Shown here piece after piece: positions 53,835 to 64,000 of a DNA stretch of 64,000 nt. Each line of letters starts with the position of its first letter. Within the stretch, counting starts at the first letter, position 1. Both the position numbers and the translations under genes were made by a program. The DNA comes from the human T2T-CHM13v2.0 reference genome, Homo sapiens: the NCBI RefSeq assembly GCF_009914755.1, contig NC_060928.1. The stretch is one strand, 5' to 3'. A model generated the notes under the pieces. The model saw only the letters and a program-made list of their open reading frames with translations, made no database searches and was not told the origin of the DNA.

Positions 53835-56800
53835 AAAAAGCCAATATGTTCCAAAACTTATGAAGTGCAGCAAAGAGAAAATTTTATACCAATAAATGCC
53901 TACATTAAAAATGATTCACAAATAAACTACTTAATGTTAGTTCTCAAGGAAATAGAAAAAGAAGAAAAAACTAAGCCCAAAGTTACCAGGCAGACGTGAA
54001 TAATAAAGATCAGAGCAGAAAAAAATGAAATCAAGACTAGAAAAATCATACCAAAGATCAACAAAAGTAAGAGTTAGTGTTTTTAAAAAATAAAATCAAC
54101 AAACGTTTAACAAAATTAATAAGACAGAAGACACAAATAAGATCAGAAATGAAAGATAGGACATTACAACTAATATCATGGAAATACAAAAGATCACAAA
54201 ATACTACTTGGACAATTACACCTCACAAATTAGATAACCTAAGGGAAATGAATACATTCCTAGACACATAAAACCTACCAAGATTAAATCATGAAGAAAT
54301 AGAAAAGTTGAACAGACCAATAATGAATAAGAAGATTTGAATTATTAAAAAAGTTTCCCATCAAACAAAAGCCCAGTATCTGGTGGTTTCACTGCTGAAT
54401 TCTACAGAACATTTCAGGAAAAACTAATACTAATCCTTCTCAAATTTTTCCAAAAATTGAAAAGTAGGGAATATTTTCTGATTCATTTTACCATGCCAGC
54501 ATTGCCCTGATACCACAGCCAGACAAGCACATCACAAAAAAAGAAAACTACAGGCCAATAGCCTTGATGATGAACATAAATGGAAAAATTCTCAGCAAAA
54601 TACCAGCAAACCTAATTAAACAACACATGAAAAAAATAATCCATCATGATAAGTGGGATTTATCTCTGGGATGCAGGGAAGGTTCAACATATGCAAATCA
54701 AAAATGTGATACATCAATTTAACACAATGAAGAAAAAGCATATGATCACCTCATCAGATGGAGAAAAAAACAGTTGGCAAAATTCGTTATCTTTTTATAA
54801 TAAAAACTGTGACCAAATTAGATATAGAAGGAATGTACCTCAACACAATAAAGACCATATATGAGAAGCCCACAGCTAATATACTCAATGATGAAAAACT
54901 GGAAGCATTTCCTCTGAAACCCAAAACAAGACAAGGATGCCTATACTATTGCTACTTCTGTTCAACGTAGTATTGGACATACTTGAAAGAGCCACAGTAA
55001 ATCCCAAACAGCCAAGGCAAACACAAGCAAAAGGAAAAAAGCTGAAAGTATCACACTATGTGATTTCAAACAATGTCATAAATCTAGAGTAATTAAAACC
55101 ACATGATACTGGCAAAATTTGACATTCTAACCAATGAAATAGAAAAGAGAGTCCAAAAATGAACCCATGCATATATAGTCAATTGCATTTTAATAATGGT
55201 GCCAAAATACATAATGGAAAAAGGATAGTCTTTTTAATAAATGGTGTTGTGTATGTTGCATATCCACATGCAGAAGAAAGAAAATAAACCTTTATCTCAC
55301 AACATATATAAACATAAGCTCAAAATGGACCAAAGACTTAAAGATAAGACCAGAGACATAAAACTGCTGTAAGAATACACAAAGATAAAATGACACGATA
55401 TTGATTGATCTGAGCAATATATTTTTTGTGTTTGACCCAAAAGCATGGGCAACAAAAGCAAAATAGACAAATGGGATTATAGCAAACTAAAAAGCTTATG
55501 CACAGCAAAAGAAACAACAGCATGAAGAGAGAACTTATTGATTGGAAGAAAATATTTTTCAAGTTATTCATCCTATAAGGGGTTAATATCCAAAATATAG
55601 AAGGCACTCAGACAATTCAAGAGCAAGAAAACAAAAAAGAAAATTTAAAAATAGTCAAGGAACTTGAATAGACAGTCCTCAAAAAATGTACAAATGGACA
55701 AGACCTGTATAAAAAATGTTCAACACCAACTAGTCATTAAGGAAAGACAATTTTAAAACCACAGTGAAATATCATCTCACACCTGTCAGAATGGCTATTA
55801 TTAACAAGACGAATGATAACCAGTGTTGGTGAGAATGTAGAGAAATGGGAACCCTTGTACACAGTTGGTAGAAATGTAAATTAGTACAATCATTATGAAA
55901 AACCATATGGAGATTCATCAAAAAACTAAACATTGAATTATCATATGACTTAACAATCCCACTTCTGGGTATTTACCCAAAAAACCTGAAATCAGTTTGC
56001 TGGAGAGATGTCTGCACACCCATGTTCATTGCAGCACTATTCACAATAGCAAAGTTCTGGAAGCAACTGAATTGTTCATTAACAGATGAATGAATAAAGA
56101 AAATGTTACATGTATGCACAATGGAGTACTATTCATCCATAAAAAATGGTATATTTTTAAATGCTCAACATCACTAATTTTTGGGGAAATGCAAATCAAA
56201 GCCACAATGAGGTATCATCTCACACCTGTTAGAATGGCTATTACCAAAAAAGACAAAAGATAACAAGTATTGGCAAGGATGCGGAGAAAACACTTTTGGT
56301 GGAAATGCAAACTGCCATAGACATATGGAAAACTGTATAGGTTTCTCACAAAACCAAAAATACTATGGTATGAGCCAGGAATCAATCTTCTGGATATTTA
56401 CTCCAAATTTTTGAAATCAATTTGTCAAACTGATCTGAAATCATATGTTTGCACACCCATATTCATTGCAGCATTATTCACAATAGCCAAAATATCAGAT
56501 CATTGAAAATGTCTGCCAAAAGATGAATGGATGAAGAAAATATAGTAATGTTGTGTAATGGAGTACTATTCAACTTTAGAAAAGAAGGGAATTTCATCAT
56601 TTGCAACAACATGGATGGAATTGGAGAACATTATGCAAAGCAAAATCAGGCACAGAAAGACAAATTCCGCATGTTCTCACTCATATGAGGAATCTAAAAA
56701 ACTCACAAAAGCAGAGACTAGAATGATGGTTACTTGTGTAAGGGAACTGGGCGGGGGGAGTGGGGAGATGATGATCAAAGCACAGAATCTCAATAAGATT

Positions 56801-57119
56801 GAATAAATGTATTCTTTATTTAAGACTTATTGTACAGCATGGTGAATATAGTTAATAACAGTGCATTGCACATTTCAAAATTGCTAAGAAAGTAAATTTC
56901 AAATGTTCCCACCACAAAAAGTAAATTTTTTGAGGTGATAAATATGTGAATTAGCTTGATTTAATTATTCCACATTGTATTCATAAATTGTAACATCACC
57001 TTGCACTTTATGAATGTATACAATTATAAATTGTCAACTTATAATCAAAAAGTTAACTTCTGATGGATTGCGTGTTCTGAAAATATTACTCACATATTTA
57101 CAGTAGTTGATATATATAT

Positions 57120-57785
57120 AGTGAGAGGCAGGAGTCTCAGATGGCTTCAGAGATTCCCACTTACTGGCGTACATACTCTGCTAAATCCTTTCCCTTAAAT
57201 GTGAGCAGGATTTGTGAGTACAATAGTATATCACTCCTGCAATTATTTTGTTACATGGTAGGAGAGATTTTGAAGATGACTTTAAGATCCATGATTACTT
57301 GAAGATGATTTTAAGATCCATGATTACTTAAATTCATTAAAAAGGAAATTATCTCAGGTGAGGCTGACCTAATCAGCTGAGTCCTTAAAAGAGATCAGAA
57401 AGATTTGAAGCAAGATTTTCCTGCTGGCCTTGAAGAAGCATAGTCCATGTTGTGAGCTGCCTATAGAGGATTTATACTGCAAGGATCTTAACTTGGCTTC
57501 TAGAAACTGTGCATTTCCTGGTTGATGCCAGTGAGAAAACTAGGTCTCCAGTCTTATATCTAAAAATCACTGAACTTCATTAACAACCAATGATCTTGAA
57601 AGAGGATCCCAAGCCTCAGGTTACATTGCAGCCTAGTCAATATCTTGATTTTAGTCTGGTGAGACCCTGTGCAGAGCACCTAGCTAAGCCATACTCAGAT
57701 TCCTGCTCCACAGAAAGTGTGAGGTAATAAATTTGTGTTGTTTTAAGCTGCTAAATTTATGTAATTTTTTTTTTATGAGGCAACA
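57120..57785 (+). mobile_element. MLT1E/F-type solo LTR with a 29-bp internal duplication (57271-57329)
   Basis: CTGCTGGCCTTGAAGAAGC; GGTAATAAATTTGTGTTGTTTTAAGCTGCTAAATTT. Confidence 0.8.
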
Positions 57786-57849
57786 TGTTCATTCATTCAT
57801 TAGGGACAAAGAAAATAAAAAAAATAGTTGATCAGAGGTATCAATAAGT

Positions 57850-59270
57850 TTTTGGAAAATTAAAATAAGCCAATAAAAATTGGTAACTAAGGACAAAAGA
57901 AAATAAATCTAATGTACCAACAGAAGCAGGAAATGATAAGAAGACCTTATTCACCCTGCAGAGTAACAGAAAAAGAGGCAAAGGACATGGAAATGAAGGT
58001 ACTGAAGGGGACTGATTGAAAGGACCTACTTTCCCTCTCATCCCTACAGAAGACCAGAGATTTATTTTCTGAAGAAATTTAATTGGAATCCTTATACTTA
58101 GGCTATTGGGAACTATAGATCTTGGGATGTGTTTTAGTACTGCATATTGGGGTTGCAGAACCATCTTCCCACTGCCACAGAGGTATACTTCAAAGACAGG
58201 TGAATGGTGGACTACATTGTTACAGAAATTGCTCAATCCCAAAAGGAAGGATATTGAAGTACTGACGTTTGGGGGTATTCCAAAGAAAAGGCCATTTTCC
58301 TGTTGCTCTATTAACATAAGTCATGTGTTAATAATTCCTACTCATGTCCTCAGAACTTTTGACAATCTCCTCTGTGCTTCAGTCTTCATTTTTCATGTGA
58401 GACCAAAAATAGAAAGATATTGAAGAAAGTTTAGGGGTAATAGGACTCCAAAAACAAACAGGAAACATGATAACAAAACTCAGTAGTGACAGCGGATATA
58501 GAAGATATAGTAATGCTTTCAAAATTATGAAAAAATAATGACTTTTTAAACTAAAATTTTATACCCATTATAAACTTAAATTAATGGTAAGGGCAAAATA
58601 ACGTCATTTATCAACATTCAAGTTTTCAATCTATAGCTCTCATACACTGCTTTATGAGCTTCCTAGTGGGATAAGGTTGGAAAAAGAAAGAAGAAATATA
58701 GATAGCATTTACCCAAGAAAAAAATCAAATGCCCAGCATTTGAAACTCTATAAATTTAAAAATAAAATTCATAGTAGAAATATCATAAAGCTGTTGAAGA
58801 TTAGAGAAAAATGATGATATACACATGGAAAATTAGAGATACAAAAAATAAAAAAATTGTAAGAGAAAGGAAATATAACCAATGTAAATTACCTGACTTA
58901 ACAATTTTCACTATTTATGTAGTCAAAATAATGTGAATACCCATAGTATTGATTCACTCACAGTTGTGCTAAAATTACATTGAGCAATAGGGAATAAGGA
59001 GTTGAGAAGTATAATGGTGTTAATTCCTGAACTATTATAATAGAAAACAAATATGTATCTAAAACTGATAAATACAAATTTGACAATATCATCATATTTA
59101 CTTATGCTTATAATGTTATCACATCAAACAGGTTTAAAAATCAAGGAACAAAAGATGTGGAAAGGAAGAGTGATAGAACAAAGAATTGCTTCTTCCTGTA
59201 ATAAACTTTATAATCTACTTCATTTTCTTTAAATGTGTAATAGCATCATTTATAAACATGAAAATTATAA
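57850..59270 (+). mobile_element. HAL1/L1ME-like ancient LINE remnant
   Basis: ORF1-like AATGCTTTCAAAATTATGAAA...AATTTTATACCCA; 5' region resembles HAL1 from memory. Confidence 0.5.
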
Positions 59271-59517
59271 GAAAATGAGATTAAATACTGTTTATCATAT
59301 TTAATACAATATTATCCCATGTTTGATGAAAAACTAAAGATATAACTTTTTCACACAGTTAATAAAAAGTAAAGTTGAGACACAAGTTTAAACTCATTGT
59401 TCTGCCTTTAAAGTCAGTCCTCAATTCCCTACACTATATTCCCAGTATAATAAGAGACAAGTAACAATAATACCCATTAAATGTTATGAAAGATTGTTAG
59501 TTTGAGACAAAAACATC

Positions 59518-59935
59518 TGTATTAGTTTTCTAGAGCTGGCACAATAAATAATCATAAATAACCTGTTTTAAAATAATAGAAAATGAATTTCTCATAGATC
59601 TGGAGGCCAGAAACAGGGTTGGTTCCTTTGAGATTCCCTGAGGCTCTGGTTCCATGCCTTTCTCTTAGCTTCTGATTTCTGCTGGCAATAGTTGGGATTT
59701 GTAGACACATCACTCCCATCTTTGCTTCAATCTTCACATCACCTCCCACTCTATGTGTCTTTCTGTCTTCTCTTCCATCTCATACAAAGATTTAGGATTG
59801 GCCTGAGTAATCTAGGATGATCTCACCTAAAGATCATTAATTCAGTTACCTCTCAAAGACATGTCTTACATAAGGTCACATTGACACATACCATGTGAAC
59901 ATATCTTTTGGGTAGCTACTATTCAACCCACTATA
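59518..59935 (-). mobile_element. MLT1 (B/C/D-type) solo LTR
   Basis: TGTATTAGTTTTCTAGAGCTG...TCTGGAGGCCAGAA...ACTATTCAACCCACTATA. Confidence 0.8.
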
Positions 59936-62897
59936 GTGTTTACATCTTATTTTTACATCCTTAGTATTGTTGATTTGTCTGTCTTGATGGACACTGCCAT
60001 TGAGGTAATTGAGTTTCCTTATGTGTATTATTATACAGGATTTGCAGTTAGTATATTTTTCTCCAAGATACAGGATCCAGTATTATCTTTGAGAACAGCT
60101 AAAGTTAGAATCTGTATGATGTCATCTCAGAGTACAAAAAAAGCCATGTGATTTTATTGTCAAAAGAACAGTTCCTCCTTTGAATTACTAAAGAGCTGAT
60201 TACAAAAAAAAATAAAAATTTGTAAATGTTATTTACAATTCTCTCTTGTTTTCTAATGAAGGTGGCTCCTAGGTATTCAGAGGGACTTTTTTTTTTTTTA
60301 TGAAAGAGGCAATGTTTCTGAATAAGTGCATTTGGGGGAAATAAGACAGTAAAATTAGTTTGCTTTTAAAAAAAGGAGGCACAGCAAAGGCTCAGAGAAA
60401 ATAAAGAGAAAGGAAGGGTGAAAAAGCAAGACTGCATGTACAAAGAGACAGGTGAAGAATGCCATGATTGTGGACAGTTAGATGCCTAGTGTGGAATTAC
60501 AACAGAGAATTAAGGAAGTTTTATGTCATGGAGGAAGTAGTGTAAGTCTGCATACTTTGAAATCTCTGTTCAATCTATATTAGCTGCTGCTGCTTTATAA
60601 GATGCATTATTTTAAAGGGGGTGCCATGAAGTCCTGCTTCAAAGTTGGTTTGGAAGAAAATAGAGGCTGCCAATGGGACATGGATTGCACTTAAAATTAA
60701 AGTTTATATTTCCCATAGATGGTTAAATAAATCCAACCAGTTGTTTTACACTTAAGATTTGATTTTGCTGACAATTGGAAGGGGGTGTCGAGGGCACTAC
60801 TCATGCTCTCAATGGGGATAAAACAGAAGGAGGAAAGAGTAAAAAAGAATGAGTCATCTCATGGCATAACTGGATATTTTATTCAGAAATATACCTGGAA
60901 AATACCCCTTGTTACAAATATGAAACCGACATATTATATATTGCATCATTTGACTTCTCTAGGCAAATTCCTTCAACCATGAGGATTAGTGTATACTCTG
61001 TGATCAAGTAACAGACATAATAGGAATAACTTCTATCTCTTGAAATTGCAATATTGTATGTATCAGTCCTCATGGAGTACTAAAATTTATCTTTTGATTA
61101 AAATAAACCATAAGGGAAATCTGTAAGTTCTATGAAATGTATGTTGGGGATATTATGAAACTTTTGAAAAGCCTGAGACTTTGATTTAACAAAGCATTTT
61201 ATTGTTTCCTATGGCTCTAAACTAACATAAAAATAATTATCTTAAGCATGGTATATAAGAATGTATAATAAGGAAAGTGTAATAAAGAAAAAATAGGTAT
61301 GTTGGGGAAAAAGCACATTTGGGAATAATGGTTTCCAAGTTGTGACTTCTGGAATGTTTTATTGCAAAAAGCCTGTCTCTTTTAGGTAGCCAATCGTGAT
61401 TGTGTTAAGGGCGACTTATTTGTTGTTACTTACAATAGTGAAAGTTCCATTCACTATTGGGTTTGATCCTGACCCTACTATTTACTAAAGTGTATGATCA
61501 TGTGAGGTTATATAACAACTCTAGATCTCAATGTGCTTATCTGTATAAAAAGAGTAACTGTACCAATCATATAGGGTTTTGTAAGGAATAGATACAGCTG
61601 AGGTGAAAACAATATAATATGAAGTAGCAGACATTACAAACATACAAATAGGCAATAAAAATAGTATATGTGAATTACTCTGATAAAGAAGATACAAATA
61701 CAAGCAAAGCCTAAAGAGGGACTTCTAATCAAGACTTGGGAATATCCTTAAAAGAAGAGAAACCAGAGAAAATTTTCTGAAGAATCTAGTACTTGAATGA
61801 GTAACAGGGAATTGAGTAGCTAGGTGAGAGGGCAGGAAGTCGCCCTGTAAAGTGATCAGAGATGGGGTAGTTCTGAGATGGAAGAAAACAAAATATTGAT
61901 TATAATAATTATCTATATTTTTCTTTGGCATTCATAATGTGACTTAGCTATTTAATATCTGTGTTTCCTGGTGTATTGTGAGTTTCATTAGAAAAGTAAC
62001 TCATATGTCTTGTCCATCACAGAAAAAAAAAATGGCACCCAGTAAATTTTTCTGGTATATTTGGCAATCAAACACTATTTACATTGTCGTCAAATACTTT
62101 ACTGTCTAGAATATATTTTGAGAAAAATGAATCGAATCTATTTTGATCACCTTTCATCACATAAAAATTTATAAGTGAAGTGGTTTTAAAATAAATTTGG
62201 TGCTTCAATTTTCAGTCTTTATATTTTGTCCAGTGACCTCCTTTCTTTTAGAGAAGAAATGTGATCTAACTAAACTAATATTCTGAAAAGTTTGTTAAAT
62301 TTATTCCCATTAAAGAATACATGAAAGGTTGAAATTTTAAGGGGTGTTATTTAGTGAAAAATAAAATATAATATTTTAAAATTCTACAATATCAGCTATA
62401 AACTGTTTTTTGATAAGGCAAGGAAAGCACACTCCTTTGCTTCTTATTGTAATAAAGTTTATTTGATTTTTTTCCTTTTATTAGAAGTTAAGAGTTCATA
62501 AAAGGGGGGGGAACTGTACAAAGAAAGGTTATATTGTGTTATCTTTGCAAAAGAATAATCCATAAAAACGTCATGTGTTTTATTTTATTTGTTAATATGT
62601 TATTGGTGCTAACTTACTTATGATCTTATACTATGGGAACTCCTGTAGTTTTGTGTTTTGTTTCATTTTAAAAAGGGTATACTAGTTTCCATAACTGTAA
62701 GAAACAGAGACTTCAGATTTTCCTAAAAACACTAGATTTAATAAGAAAAATTTAGAGATTTAAATTGGAACTTTGTGTTAAAAATAGTAACAATTCTTCA
62801 CTATCTGTTTTAATTTTAAACTCTCTAAGTTTATTGCCCTAAGTTTGTGTTGTACATTTATTTTACTGACTCTATTTTTTATTGTAAAAATTACTCA

Positions 62898-63187
62898 GGG
62901 CTTTGGGAGGCTGAGGTAGAAGGATTGCTTGAGGCCACAAGTTTTAGACCAGCCTGTGCAACACAGCAAGACCTTGTCTCTACAAAAAATAAAAATTAAA
63001 ATTAAAAAAAAAAACCAATTAGCCAATGTGGTGGCACATGCTTGTAGCCCTAGCTCCTTGAGAGGCTAAGGTGGGAGGATTGCTTGAGCAGAGTTAGAGG
63101 TTATGATGAGCTCTCTTCTGGCTACTGCATACGAGTCTAGGTGACAGAGCAAGACCCTGTCTTACAATAAATAAATAAATAAATAAA
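62898..63187 (+). mobile_element. 5'-truncated, diverged AluJ with (TAAA)n tail
   Basis: CTTTGGGAGGCTGAGGTAGAAGGATTGCTTGAGGCC; GGTGGGAGGATTGCTTGAGC. Confidence 0.88.
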
Positions 63188-63399
63188 CAGATTATGGAAT
63201 AGCTCAAAGTCTTAAAGACTTTTAGGTATCAGGTGCCTTTGCTACTTCTGCTGGCTTGAGTTTCCTAGTGAGACTGCACAGTTGTTGCTGTGCGTACGTG
63301 CGTGCGTGTGTGTGTGTGCCTATGCGTATGTGATTTAGTAAGCAATTTCATCAAAATCTTAGAGATAATAAAATATTAAGATTCATACTGTAGCAACAA

Positions 63400-63965
63400 A
63401 TTTATCAGTGTAAATAAACAGATGCATTTCTTTTAAAACACATCTTGTCAAAACTGACATAAGAAGAAATAAAAAATTTGATTAGATTCAACTTCATTTA
63501 AGTAATTTAATCTGTTACAAAACTGTCTTACAAAGAAAACTCTGGATTGGATTCAGATGGATTATAGGGTGAGTTTTATCACAAAGTAAAGCTTGACATA
63601 GTAGATCTTACAAAACTTTCAGAAAATAAAGGAGAGAACACATGCTAACTTGTTCTATGAGGATGGAATGACCCTGGTACCAAAACTTGAGGATTATATC
63701 ACAAGAAAAATACAGACCAATATCACTCTGAAAAATAGACACTGTTTTTGCAAAATATCAGAAAATCAAATGCAACTATATGTAAATATCATATAATAAT
63801 ATATAATTTATCATATATTTAATAATTTATCATGACCAAGTTGAAATGTAATATTTTCTGTGTTTATTTGCTGTTTTTGGTAACATTTGAAAAATTTTCT
63901 TACTACATTAGTAGTTTAAAGAAGAAAAACTACTAGATCATGTGAGTACATATAGATAAATTCAC
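63400..63965 (+). mobile_element. Old L1M ORF2 fragment, preceded by a (TG)n/(CGTG)n microsatellite at about 63288-63332
   Basis: AAGAAAAATACAGACCAATATCACT; ATCATGACCAAGT. Confidence 0.65.
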
Positions 63966-64000
63966 TTTAGTTTATGTTTAAAAATAGCATTATTCTATTC

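Larger units (their letters stand above)
50790..57050 (+). mobile_element. Near-full-length degenerate L1MA (5' region, ORF1, ORF2 with RT-region deletion near 54990, 3' UTR)
   Basis: NQAEERISELK (ORF1); [15 protein letters not shown] (EN start); [19 protein letters not shown]; L1MA5-7-like 3' end. Confidence 0.88.

Noticed and set aside
55715-56600. About 440-bp diverged duplication of the L1 ORF2 end
   Set aside because: The copies are highly diverged, and from memory such a repeat is part of L1MA 3'-end consensus sequences, so it is probably not locus-specific
57841-58423. Overlapping 158-aa and 105-aa ORFs as a possible processed pseudogene
   Set aside because: No recognisable protein similarity, poly(A) or TSD; the region looks like a HAL1/L1ME remnant

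Overview
Mammalian, catarrhine-primate (human-like) genomic DNA. It is AT-rich, gene-poor and made almost entirely of nested transposable elements. I found no credible host protein-coding exon, RNA gene or CRISPR array. Main components: (1) the 5' part of a HERV-H provirus on the minus strand (1-2843), with an intact-looking LTR7, a tRNA-His PBS, a splice donor, a 12x21-bp leader array and dead gag/pro; (2) a 5.85-kb two-LTR HERV-K(HML-3)/MER9 provirus (38404-44253, minus) with degenerate gag, dUTPase-pro, RT and deleted pol/env; (3) four two-LTR THE1/MST (ERVL-MaLR) elements, one nested inside another; (4) an L1PA4-like insertion with a twin-priming inversion and an apparent 3' transduction; (5) many older L1, MLT, MIR, L2 and Alu fragments. 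The most unusual signals are local templated-insertion and fold-back scars in the first 13 kb and two retroviral integrations 14 bp apart. All were read by eye: subfamily names and many boundaries of old repeats are approximate and need RepeatMasker/Dfam confirmation. I see no evidence for a new protein-based system.
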